Positions 9,436-18,036 of a DNA stretch of 64,000 bases are shown in pieces. Numbering within the stretch: the first letter of the stretch is position 1; each line of letters begins with the position of its first letter. Source of the stretch: a virus (taxonomy: Duplodnaviria > Caudoviricetes). The notes beneath the pieces are model-generated. The model was given only the letters and a program-made list of their open reading frames with translations. It was not told where the DNA came from and ran no database searches. The position numbers were made by a program, and so were the translations under genes. The stretch lies in IMG/VR virus record IMGVR_UViG_2974506496_000001, positions 64,001 through 128,000 of that record; one strand, written 5' to 3'.

Positions 9436-9957
9436 ATGCAAATCCCCGGTATGCCAACTTCATTTGAAGAGCTGTGCAGTATCATTGTTAAACTCGGGTT
9501 AGTTGATGCCTCGGTTGAAAAGACCACTGAGCTTTTGTGGCAGTCTGTCGAAGACCACGGCTACACCCATCGGTGGGACGACCCAGATCAAGAGATGACG
9601 TCAACAGAACGTTGGTTCAACCGCGCAGAAGAGTTGAAAATGACGTTCCATGGTGATGTTGTCGCCATGCTGGTTGATTGGTCTATTATGACGGGTCGTA
9701 TGGCTCAGTACCATAATGACATTGATTATCAGCAATATTATCGCAACTGGTTGGCTTCGCAGATCAGTGTTAAGCTACAACTCGATGAGGAAGGCGTCAC
9801 CGAAACGACCTTACATCCACCAACCTATCGCTATCTTCAAGGTGGCAAGATCTTTGTCATCAATGCAGCCACTTCTGGTAACGGTGGTGGCATCAACTAT
9901 TACACCATGTCATTAGAGGAGTATGTGAAGTACATTAAAACGCAACCGGCTATTTAA
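9436..9957 (+). CDS. Hypothetical protein
   Basis: 173 aa ORF with AAGGA RBS. Confidence 0.7.
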   Translation: MQIPGMPTSFEELCSIIVKLGLVDASVEKTTELLWQSVEDHGYTHRWDDPDQEMTSTERWFNRAEELKMTFHGDVVAMLVDWSIMTGRMAQYHNDIDYQQYYRNWLASQISVKLQLDEEGVTETTLHPPTYRYLQGGKIFVINAATSGNGGGINYYTMSLEEYVKYIKTQPAI

Positions 9958-9990
9958 TGTAAGAGCCCGCTATCAGTAGGAGAGTTACGT

Positions 9991-10293
9991 ATGGCGAACA
10001 AAAGTGTTATCGGCGTGATCAAATACAGTCGGGTGGACAACAAAGACACCTGGACCGTCTACCAGCACGGTAAACACGTTGAGCTTTTCCAGAAAGCTTT
10101 CCAGCATCCCATCGAGGCGTTTAAGCTTCGGGATATTTCCAAAGTAGGTCGGCCTGAAGTCAGTCATGCCTCGGGCCATTATCCGATCGTTGATAACCCC
10201 AGTATCCGCGTCTTCTACGAAGATGGCAGTATCGGTGTGGGTGCGGGTGCGTTAATCAACATCATGTTGCAACAGTATCAATTAACGGAGTGA
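9991..10293 (+). CDS. Hypothetical protein upstream of HigA-like gene
   Basis: AGGAG RBS, 100 aa. Confidence 0.65.
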   Translation: MANKSVIGVIKYSRVDNKDTWTVYQHGKHVELFQKAFQHPIEAFKLRDISKVGRPEVSHASGHYPIVDNPSIRVFYEDGSIGVGAGALINIMLQQYQLTE

Positions 10294-10297
10294 CATC

Positions 10298-10588
10298 ATG
10301 GGTAAAGTCAAAGAGATTTTGTATGGTCGCCGCGGTAGCACGGCCGGTGAGATTCTTAAGTTAGAATACATGGAGCCGTTAAACCTCACCGTCGATGAAA
10401 CAGCAAAGAAACTGAAAGTTGCAAAGTCTACCATCAGCCGGATTATTAATGGCCGTTGCCGCTTGAGCAAGCCCCTTGCCACCAAACTTGCCAAAGCGTT
10501 CGCCACTACGCCGGAATACTGGATGAACTTTGCTGACAACTGCACCAACCCCTATCCAAACTTGCGGGCCAAGGGCTGGTACAGATGA
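10298..10588 (+). CDS. higA: HigA-family XRE HTH antitoxin/regulator
   Basis: GEILKLEYMEPLNLT...AKKLKV..STISRIING...LAKAFATTPEYWMN. Confidence 0.8.
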   Translation: MGKVKEILYGRRGSTAGEILKLEYMEPLNLTVDETAKKLKVAKSTISRIINGRCRLSKPLATKLAKAFATTPEYWMNFADNCTNPYPNLRAKGWYR

Positions 10589-10806
10589 ACATCGCCGAAC
10601 CCATCTATGAGGTGGAAGTCGGCAAAACGTATCTGTCACCTTCGGGCTTGCCATTCGAAGTGTTGTTCTTAGCCGCGCATGGTCAGGACTGCACGGTGCC
10701 GATGGTGGTATACCGCAACCTCACCCCGACGTACGACAAACCTGCAGGGCAGATCTGGACCACATCGGAGTCACTCTTTCTAACGCAATTCCGCGTGCCT
10801 GCGTGA
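10585..10806 (+). CDS. DUF1653-like small protein
   Basis: Y...SG..FEV...A.H......MVVYRNL....IW.....F pattern. Confidence 0.6.
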   Translation: MNIAEPIYEVEVGKTYLSPSGLPFEVLFLAAHGQDCTVPMVVYRNLTPTYDKPAGQIWTTSESLFLTQFRVPA

Positions 10807-10850
10807 TGCTATGGCGGTAACTGACCGTCCATCACTACAGAGGCAAGCGC

Positions 10851-11156
10851 ATGTCTACGAACGAGAACTTTCATGTATCCGATCAGGCGATTATCGATGC
10901 CATCCTGGAATACACCCGTAACGGGAAAGAACCAGCTGTAGTCAAGTACGACCCCGATGGCCCTGAAGCAGAACGCATGAGTCAGGAACATCGGATTGTC
11001 ACCTGGTTTCAAGACATCCGTACCATTGTTGACGCGGTATGTCAACGTCCAGGTTTCTCCGGGCTTAACGTGCTGAAGATCGCAACCCGTGCTATGGAAC
11101 AGGATATCATAGCACAGTCAGCGGGACCGGCATCGCCTATTAACCCTGAACTGTAG
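10851..11156 (+). CDS. Hypothetical protein
   Basis: ORF with GAGG RBS. Confidence 0.65.
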   Translation: MSTNENFHVSDQAIIDAILEYTRNGKEPAVVKYDPDGPEAERMSQEHRIVTWFQDIRTIVDAVCQRPGFSGLNVLKIATRAMEQDIIAQSAGPASPINPEL

Positions 11157-11177
11157 AAAATAAGAAGACTTTCACAC

Positions 11178-11435
11178 ATGCAATTAAAAGAACTGCTTAC
11201 CTGCATTCGCCCTGGTGACGTTATCACCAATACCGCCTGGCCACAGGGACGGACCTTTACCGTCTCAACGGAGTTCATGAAGTTTCATACCGGTCGTGGT
11301 ACGGATGTTCATGAACGCAATTCATGTCCAGATGGTGCGTGGCACGGTTGGTCGGTGGCAAACAAATATGCCACTGTCCTTAACCGTCGTGCAGTAGCGC
11401 AATCCCACAACCCGATCAAAGAGGACGTTTCATGA
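11178..11435 (+). CDS. Hypothetical protein
   Basis: ORF in operon, ATGA overlap with next gene. Confidence 0.6.
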   Translation: MQLKELLTCIRPGDVITNTAWPQGRTFTVSTEFMKFHTGRGTDVHERNSCPDGAWHGWSVANKYATVLNRRAVAQSHNPIKEDVS

Positions 11436-11833
11436 TTACCATTACGGACATGCACGATGAAGAAGGGTTCACTGACGAAAAGAAAGATGCGTTAGTGAAG
11501 CTTCTGCCAGAAGACAACAACGGTCTTGCACACACCTATCGTTTTACTGATGGTGCTGAAGAGAACCCGTTTGAAGGCTTCCTGATCATCGGCGCACCAA
11601 CGCTGGTTTATCACTTTATCCGCACCGGTAAGAATGACGCGGGTGAAGAGGAAGAGACCTATCTGGGCCAATACGTCCCAACGGTCGATGGTGGTGTAAT
11701 GCCAGAGAACGGTCTGGGGCAGAACCTGAGCGACAACGTGGGTACTCGCGTGGCAGAGTTCGAATCTGTTATCCGTAGCTTCCACCGTAAAGTGCTCGAG
11801 CGTCTGGGTCAGCCAGTCCCTGGCGCACGGTAA
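11432..11833 (+). CDS. Hypothetical protein (paralog of 12850..13248)
   Basis: Shared Y.F.DG, F.GFL.I..P.L.Y..R and PEN motifs. Confidence 0.7.
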   Translation: MITITDMHDEEGFTDEKKDALVKLLPEDNNGLAHTYRFTDGAEENPFEGFLIIGAPTLVYHFIRTGKNDAGEEEETYLGQYVPTVDGGVMPENGLGQNLSDNVGTRVAEFESVIRSFHRKVLERLGQPVPGAR

Positions 11834-11839
11834 GATGAC

Positions 11840-11869
11840 ACCCGGGGGTTCTCCCCGGGTTTTATGCCG
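11840..11869 (+). terminator. Hairpin + TTTATGCCG
   Basis: ACCCGGGG..CCCCGGGT TTTATGCCG. Confidence 0.7.
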
Positions 11870-11939
11870 TCTTTTTATTTTTTGTTACAGATTACATAGA
11901 TGGTACTTATTATACACCACTACTGAAAAGGAATACATC

Positions 11940-12845
11940 ATGTCTGAGCAAGCCGCTGTAAAACCGAAGAATTATACCAACCTGACTGTCACCATCGCCG
12001 GCAATGATCCGGTTGCTGCCACTGCTGTTGCCAGTGTGTTATCCACGTACCTGAACGAAAAGGGTCTGGCCGGTCGCCGTCTGGGTGAGAATGCTATCGC
12101 TCCTGACTTCGCCGTGCAATCTGTTGAAGGCCTGGCTGCTGACCAGAACAACAGTGTAAACGTTTCTGTTGACACCCTGACTATGGAATCCCTGCAGGGC
12201 AGAACGCAGGTTTGGGATTGGCCAACCTGGGGTGACAGCGAACAACCCTGGACCGCGCTGGTCGGTGACGAACTGCGTAACCTCTGGTCAACGTTATCCG
12301 GTGTGCAGAAACGCGCTATCTATAAAAGCCTGGCTGCACTGAACATCGTGGTGGAAGACGATGAGATGACTGAAGAGAAAGCACAGGAGATCATCAACAA
12401 CTCCGAAGTTTATGTTGATCTGCGTGATGTGCGTAACGACGGCAGTTATAACCGTGTGCTGATTGACGGCGCTGCGACCATTGAAGAACTCGACGCCATC
12501 AAGTTCATCTTCCAGACCGCGCGTGAAGGCAACCCGGTCACCCACGAAGACATCACACTGCAACAGCAGCAGGATGCCAGCAACGGCGCGCATGCAGCAC
12601 CTGAATTACCGGATGGTCGTGAGACACCAGAGCTGCCGGACACTCTCGAACCGCTGGCCAGTCCGGAATACAACCCGGAAGATTTAGAGCCGGGTACAGG
12701 CATTCCCGCGGTAAACCCAACCGACCCTTCGCTGGCACCACAAACCAAACAGCAGGCTGTGTCGTTTGACAACAGCGATAAAGCTACCCTGGCTGCTGCA
12801 CCTACTTCAGGAACCGTCCGTCCATCCGACGACATGGGAGACTAA
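11940..12845 (+). CDS. Acidic hypothetical protein with Pro/Glu-rich disordered tail
   Basis: AAGGA RBS before ATG 11940; PELPD repeated. Confidence 0.75.
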   Translation: MSEQAAVKPKNYTNLTVTIAGNDPVAATAVASVLSTYLNEKGLAGRRLGENAIAPDFAVQSVEGLAADQNNSVNVSVDTLTMESLQGRTQVWDWPTWGDSEQPWTALVGDELRNLWSTLSGVQKRAIYKSLAALNIVVEDDEMTEEKAQEIINNSEVYVDLRDVRNDGSYNRVLIDGAATIEELDAIKFIFQTAREGNPVTHEDITLQQQQDASNGAHAAPELPDGRETPELPDTLEPLASPEYNPEDLEPGTGIPAVNPTDPSLAPQTKQQAVSFDNSDKATLAAAPTSGTVRPSDDMGD

Positions 12846-12849
12846 GTCA

Positions 12850-13248
12850 ATGCTACCGAAGTCTGAACCAATCTCCATCTTCAGCGTCTCGAGTGTTCAA
12901 CTGACCGAAACGTCAGAAGCGCACTTTCGTAAAGAGCTGAACGAGGCAGATGCCATTCACTCTGTCTACGCCTTTAAAGATGGCTCGCAATTCGGTGCCC
13001 GCTTTAATGGCTTTCTGGTGATCACCGGCCCTATCCTGGCGTACCAGTTATTCCGGGGCAGTGAACTGGAGTCGTCTGAGTTCGTCGGCACCTTTATGTA
13101 CGGTGAAGGCGGGGAAGCGATCATCCCAGAGAACGTTAAAACGGTGTTCAGTCAATATGACCGTAACCGAGTGACCCAGTTTAAGGCATTAGCCCAAGCA
13201 CTGCACTCAGCGGTCACTGACCACATCAAAGGGGTACGGCGTGACTGA
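12850..13248 (+). CDS. Hypothetical protein (paralog of 11432..11833)
   Basis: GGGAG RBS before ATG 12850. Confidence 0.7.
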   Translation: MLPKSEPISIFSVSSVQLTETSEAHFRKELNEADAIHSVYAFKDGSQFGARFNGFLVITGPILAYQLFRGSELESSEFVGTFMYGEGGEAIIPENVKTVFSQYDRNRVTQFKALAQALHSAVTDHIKGVRRD

Positions 13249-13945
13249 CATCACTTCAACACCAGAAGTAGCGACGGCCCTGCCGGCGTTTAAAGGGGTG
13301 TTGGGTGAACAGGTAAAAGGCTTCGGAGCAAGCCAGCTCACCGGCTGGCATATTGTGGTCGCTGATCCGACTGACCTGCCAAAGGGGGTGCAAGAAGGCC
13401 TCAGTGCTTTGGTGGGTCGCTCCAGCATCTTTACCTATCTCGGTGCCCGCTGGGTATTTGACGGCATCGGCACCGGTTACCTGCAACGCACCCGTATGGT
13501 CATTGACCCTGACACGGTTAACATCGAACAGATTGAAGACCGGTCTGCTCAACACGGTATCGTCCGGGGAAGTGAAGATCGTCGAGAGTGGAACCTGGGT
13601 AACTGGGTCGCACACCTCGGGGGTCGCATCAACCGGGATAGCTACCTGGAGTTCGGTAGTCTGTATGCATTAGATCAGATGATCAATCAGATGCATAAAT
13701 TGATGTTTCGCACCAAAGATGATGAGCTGAAGATTCACATCGTGGGCGGGTCACCTGATGATCAAAAAGTTATTGCCCTGCTGATTGGCGGTGTCTTGGA
13801 CGACTACGATGTCACCCCGAGCACCAGTCTTGGTAAACTCATTGAAGAGGCATCAGTTAATCCCCCTTCAATGGATAGCCTGAATGACACAGCGGATCAT
13901 TCGTTGCGTCTTAAAATTGAAATTAATATCGTGCCTCGTAACTGA
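13241..13945 (+). CDS. Hypothetical protein
   Basis: 234 aa ORF in operon. Confidence 0.7.
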   Translation: MTDITSTPEVATALPAFKGVLGEQVKGFGASQLTGWHIVVADPTDLPKGVQEGLSALVGRSSIFTYLGARWVFDGIGTGYLQRTRMVIDPDTVNIEQIEDRSAQHGIVRGSEDRREWNLGNWVAHLGGRINRDSYLEFGSLYALDQMINQMHKLMFRTKDDELKIHIVGGSPDDQKVIALLIGGVLDDYDVTPSTSLGKLIEEASVNPPSMDSLNDTADHSLRLKIEINIVPRN

Positions 13946-13974
13946 GGCCTTATTTCTCGTCGAAGGAAAAAGAG

Positions 13975-14622
13975 ATGGCTGACATTAACTATTACGAACT
14001 GATTCGCAACTGGGGTAAAGCCCGTAACATCATCGGTGGTGGCTCTACCCCGATCGATCAGTTCATCAAAGGCACTACGGAAGCGGCAGAGCTTTGGGCC
14101 AATGTGTTGGGTAAAGAACCCGCTAAGCTGAAAGATGACATCGGCGATACGCTGGTCTGTCTGACACAGTCTTACGGCATTGCTGGTAGTGTGGTAATTG
14201 AAGACGCAGCATCGCATGCTGACCAGTACCTGGCATCACTACGTAAAGATTACGAAGCCTACGGCGAATGGGCGCTGAAACGCTTTGCCCTGAAAGTGCT
14301 GCGCAGCATGTCTGACATCTCAACGCAGATTGAACACGCCCAGTTCGAAGCTGACCGCCATTGCCCGGACCGTCTGTCTGATGAAACTGCAGAGCTGGTA
14401 GCCGTCCTGACGGTGATTGCAGAGAACCAGGGCTGGACGCTGGAAGAGTGTCTGGAAGAAGCGTACAACGACATCAAAGACCGTAAAGGTGTAATGTTCA
14501 ACGGTGGCTTCGTAAAAGAAGCGAGCCTGTCAGTTGAGCGCGCACAAGAGATGCTGGCCTCGGGCACCGTCGGTGGCGTGGGTGCGGAATACCTGAACGG
14601 TTATATCAGCGCAAACAGCTAA
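13975..14622 (+). CDS. MazG-like NTP pyrophosphohydrolase
   Basis: WG..RNI, E.AEL, DDIGD.LV, CLEEAYNDIKDRKG.M.NG.FVKE. Confidence 0.85.
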   Translation: MADINYYELIRNWGKARNIIGGGSTPIDQFIKGTTEAAELWANVLGKEPAKLKDDIGDTLVCLTQSYGIAGSVVIEDAASHADQYLASLRKDYEAYGEWALKRFALKVLRSMSDISTQIEHAQFEADRHCPDRLSDETAELVAVLTVIAENQGWTLEECLEEAYNDIKDRKGVMFNGGFVKEASLSVERAQEMLASGTVGGVGAEYLNGYISANS

Positions 14623-14639
14623 CTGTAAATAAAGCTAAA

Positions 14640-14658
14640 CCTACATTACCTAAGGGAT
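14640..14658 (+). promoter_or_regulatory. Putative phage promoter, overlapped by a hairpin+TTTATGCC element (14653..14682)
   Basis: CCTACATTAC CTAA GGGAT. Confidence 0.6.
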
Positions 14659-14703
14659 AGTGAAAGCTATCCCTTTTATGCCAATTATAATTGAGGATTC
14701 AAA

Positions 14704-15084
14704 ATGAAACAGGTTGCTGCTAACGTAAATGTTCTTTCTGTTGATTATCGTTTCGGTGCTAAACAGATGGAGACCTATGCCAAGTTTATTACTGATGCGT
14801 TAACGGCGGGTCAGAAAGTCTTTATCTATGCGGATAAAGAAGCGCGGGCGAAAGTAAATGAACTCTTCCCTAAAGTCCTCGGCCAGGAGGTGATGGAGAA
14901 GGTACTTGTTCGTGCGTACCCTATTAGTGAACTGACTGCGGTTAACGTCGGGCGGGGGATGTCCAACATGTCGGCTATCTTCATCAGCGAAACCGGGCGT
15001 TATACCGATCTGATCACGAAAACGTTTTCAGTCGTCACCGGTCATGACGCACTGATTGTTGAATGCAGCGAAGTGGTGGCGTGA
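14704..15084 (+). CDS. Hypothetical protein
   Basis: GAGGA RBS, 126 aa. Confidence 0.7.
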   Translation: MKQVAANVNVLSVDYRFGAKQMETYAKFITDALTAGQKVFIYADKEARAKVNELFPKVLGQEVMEKVLVRAYPISELTAVNVGRGMSNMSAIFISETGRYTDLITKTFSVVTGHDALIVECSEVVA

Positions 15085-15434
15085 TGTCAAAGGCTAAAGC
15101 AGTCTGGGATGACCTCTCATACACCCTGCTCATTCTGGGCGCGTGGCTTCTGTATATTGTCTTTGTTGGCTGGTGCGCTTATTTCTTCCCAGAGAAAACT
15201 ATCATCAAGAACGATGAGGATTTGCTGGCGTACCAGGAAGGCGATGGGCGTTTCAATCGGTTTGTTAACGAAGCATTAGAAACGGTGATTGCTGACACGG
15301 AATGTTTATACCCCATCACAATCACTAAACGCGGGCATTGGTTCTTTGCCGCAGATATGTTTACTGTTCAGAATGCCAAATGCATAAGTCAGGTTGGTCT
15401 CAATAATAACGTGACGACTACCCCGATCATTTAA
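15063..15434 (+). CDS. Hypothetical membrane-anchored protein
   Basis: TM helix; real start probably ATG 15084. Confidence 0.6.
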   Translation: MQRSGGVMSKAKAVWDDLSYTLLILGAWLLYIVFVGWCAYFFPEKTIIKNDEDLLAYQEGDGRFNRFVNEALETVIADTECLYPITITKRGHWFFAADMFTVQNAKCISQVGLNNNVTTTPII

Positions 15435-15476
15435 CCCTCAAGGGAGGTAATTCCTCCCTATCACTCATTAACCTAC

Positions 15477-15908
15477 TTGTGGAGATTTGCCATGACAACG
15501 TCGCGTACTGACTTGATTACTAGCCGGATCAAAGAAGCATTAAATGGGGTCCGGGTACAAACCAGTGAGCTGTATCATGAATCGACTGATGTCGCATCGT
15601 TCGGTGCGGTAAAAACGGTGATGTTCTTTTGGAATGTAGCTGACAATGATTTAACTGCTGAGATGGTTGAGCGTGAAATCCTGGTCCGACTACAGACCGA
15701 GAACATTTACGTGGCCTTTCACAAAACCCGCCGGCGTGAAGGGGAGCGCTTAATCGCGGCCAGCATTGCCTGTAATCCGAATAACCCGAATTACACCTAC
15801 GGCAACCTGCGGGGCTTCACCCAGATGTGGCTACAGAAAAGCTTTGGGGCAACGAAAGAACGTCTGCAGCAAAAGCAACGTGACAGCAATTTGTTTATTC
15901 GTCGTTAA
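15477..15908 (+). CDS. Hypothetical protein
   Basis: ORF with GGAG RBS before internal Met. Confidence 0.65.
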   Translation: MWRFAMTTSRTDLITSRIKEALNGVRVQTSELYHESTDVASFGAVKTVMFFWNVADNDLTAEMVEREILVRLQTENIYVAFHKTRRREGERLIAASIACNPNNPNYTYGNLRGFTQMWLQKSFGATKERLQQKQRDSNLFIRR

Positions 15909-15919
15909 TTAAGGAACGC

Positions 15920-16648
15920 GTGATGGATATTGATAATAAAAAGATCTTGGGGTTGGTGTTGAATGACTTCGTGGACATGTACATGCTACAGCTCAACAAC
16001 AAGAACCGTGATGTCTGCATCAACGAGTTAAACTCGGGGCTGTGTGGTGTAGCGGCCATGTGCGTTGGGAATGTCATGCGTGAGCGCTACGGAGCAACTG
16101 ACATCGACTGGGAGTCACACTGTTTGCACATGTGGTTGGTATTGGATGGCAAACGCTACGACACCCTTTATCCGGAAGGTTATGACGTACCGGTGGTAGA
16201 TGCCTGGTTACTGAAAGAGCAGAAATACAACAGCCATGTCATGGCCGGAGAAAGTGTCATCGATATTGAAGATAACAGTGGTTATGTAGCGGGCGGTTGG
16301 TGGGATTGTCTCTATCTCATCAAAGGCTGGTATGAACGTTACGGTATGACGCCTCCTGCTTACGTTAAACGCATGATGACTAACTTACGCGGTAATCATC
16401 TCCATCGCCGAGAGCGTCGTGCAGCGCGCCGTTACCAGCTCGTGTTGAAAGCCCCACTTCCCTCCTTTACCGATGAAGTGCGCACCAACACCGTATTGCC
16501 GATGACCCACTATTGGCACGGTGAGTTCGAAGGTAGCCAAGAGCGTGTTCTGGCACGTAAGCCGGGCATGCCGTCCGTGAAGACCTATAAAAGCTTATTG
16601 AAGTATTACCGTGAGAAAGGCGTGCCTGTCACGCAGTACTTCTGTTAA
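15920..16648 (+). CDS. Putative Cys-His-Asp (papain/transglutaminase-like) enzyme, paralog A
   Basis: NSGLCGVAA...HMWL..DG..YD..YP.GY. Confidence 0.55.
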   Translation: MMDIDNKKILGLVLNDFVDMYMLQLNNKNRDVCINELNSGLCGVAAMCVGNVMRERYGATDIDWESHCLHMWLVLDGKRYDTLYPEGYDVPVVDAWLLKEQKYNSHVMAGESVIDIEDNSGYVAGGWWDCLYLIKGWYERYGMTPPAYVKRMMTNLRGNHLHRRERRAARRYQLVLKAPLPSFTDEVRTNTVLPMTHYWHGEFEGSQERVLARKPGMPSVKTYKSLLKYYREKGVPVTQYFC

Positions 16649-16677
16649 TCAACCATCTATTAAGAAGGACGCGATTT

Positions 16678-17229
16678 ATGACACTGAAGAGTAATAAACA
16701 ACTGAATGCCGAGACCCCTGAACTGCGTGACTTGGTTATCGTCATTGACGGTTTGAACATCCTGGACTTGAATCTGGCACCAGGGGCCCGTGCGCCGCGT
16801 TATAGCGTTCAACTGTCAGGCGATATGGGATTGACCGCAACCAATAAACGTGCAGTGTATGGTCATGCCGCACAATTGTTAAACGCACTCCTGGAGAGAG
16901 GGTTCTCTGCCCATGCGAACGTGTCACGTGATGATCTGGACAACGACACCGCACGTGCAACTGAAATCATGCAACAGGCGATCACTTTATTGGTTGAAAC
17001 TGGTGAAGATGTTATCGTGCGTTGCCACTCTCTGTCTATTTCAGTCACCACGGTTGATTTCGACTTGACTGAACTGCGTGTCATCAGCGATGAAGCAATG
17101 GCGAAGGTCGAGTTCCTACTGGCACAGCCGGGCGAACCGTCCGAGGCGTTAACTGAGTTGATGACCGGTAAGCGTAAGTATCTCATCCGTGAAGACCTGG
17201 ATGAGGCTGCACCGCAGTCACCAATCTAG
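16678..17229 (+). CDS. Hypothetical protein with DUF1778/TacA-like C-terminal motif
   Basis: VISDEAMAKVEFLLAQPGEPSEALTELM. Confidence 0.55.
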   Translation: MTLKSNKQLNAETPELRDLVIVIDGLNILDLNLAPGARAPRYSVQLSGDMGLTATNKRAVYGHAAQLLNALLERGFSAHANVSRDDLDNDTARATEIMQQAITLLVETGEDVIVRCHSLSISVTTVDFDLTELRVISDEAMAKVEFLLAQPGEPSEALTELMTGKRKYLIREDLDEAAPQSPI

Positions 17230-17399
17230 TAATTAAATACTAGGCAGCGTAATCATATACGTAAAGGGGTCTGGTGAAAGCCATATCCCTTTTGGTTATG
17301 CTGTCTTTTTTTTTTGGTTAAGAAATACTAGCCTTCTCCATTATATGCAATTTACACGATACACTTTTCTATTTACTACATCGGCAAGAGAGATAAGAC

Positions 17400-17543
17400 A
17401 TGAGCGCACCTGAAGAATTTGATATGGACGGCCTGGAATCACTGGATCTGGAAGGCGCTGAGAAAGCGGCAGAAGAGAAAGCAGCCGGCGGTGGCGAAGC
17501 CCTGTCTGATGGCGAAGCAGATTGCGAAGGTTGCAAGATCTAA
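17400..17543 (+). CDS. 47-aa acidic peptide ending in CxxC (NrdA C-terminal tail-like; not in ORF track)
   Basis: MSAPEEFDMDGLESLDLEGAEKAAEEKAAGGGEALSDGEADCEGCKI*; phage-typical codons; fills an otherwise empty gap. Confidence 0.75.
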   Translation: MSAPEEFDMDGLESLDLEGAEKAAEEKAAGGGEALSDGEADCEGCKI

Positions 17544-17569
17544 ATGCTGTGATGTGAATCGGGTCTGAT

Positions 17570-17896
17570 ATGGGATCAGTTAACCGAGGAAACATCACGA
17601 ACATCTATCTTGTCCAACGCAAATCAGAGCCCCGTTACACACCGGATTCATTTATCGCTGTTGCAGCATCGACCGAAGAGGTGCTGATGATTCACCCTAG
17701 CTACTTTCAGGGAAAGAACACACCTGTGAAGTTCGACGAGGCAATGGCCGCCCTCTGGGCGAATGAGTTATCCGATAGTCCAATGGATCATCAATGGGTT
17801 ACCAATAAGAACGAGCTCGAGGTCACCTATCTGGGTGAGGCTGCGATGGAGTTCACCGGCCCCACGATCATTGAGATGTGGTACGGGTACGCCTGA
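17570..17896 (+). CDS. Hypothetical protein
   Basis: Y...DSFIAVA.S.EE...IHP pattern; followed by terminator; start uncertain. Confidence 0.6.
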   Translation: MGSVNRGNITNIYLVQRKSEPRYTPDSFIAVAASTEEVLMIHPSYFQGKNTPVKFDEAMAALWANELSDSPMDHQWVTNKNELEVTYLGEAAMEFTGPTIIEMWYGYA

Positions 17897-17902
17897 TCAT
17901 AC

Positions 17903-17930
17903 GGGGAGGCTTCGGCCTCCCTTTATGCCG
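17903..17930 (+). terminator. Hairpin + TTTATGCCG
   Basis: GGGAGGC-TTCG-GCCTCCC TTTATGCCG. Confidence 0.75.
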
Positions 17931-18036
17931 GTCGTTATCCTATGACTTGTATTTGGCAGGTCTGAGGTGACGTATGTTTAAACGTTTCATGTTCTATCTG
18001 TTCAGTAAGTTATTTGACCATAAAGGGGAGTACACC

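Noticed and set aside
11970-16900. Degenerate P-loop-like beta-alpha segments in the 11940, 13241 and 16678 proteins
   Set aside because: No GK(S/T) and similarity too weak to support by eye
17341-17604. 87-aa - strand ORF from the track
   Set aside because: Antisense to the 47-aa CxxC ORF, which has better codon usage and matches the local strand
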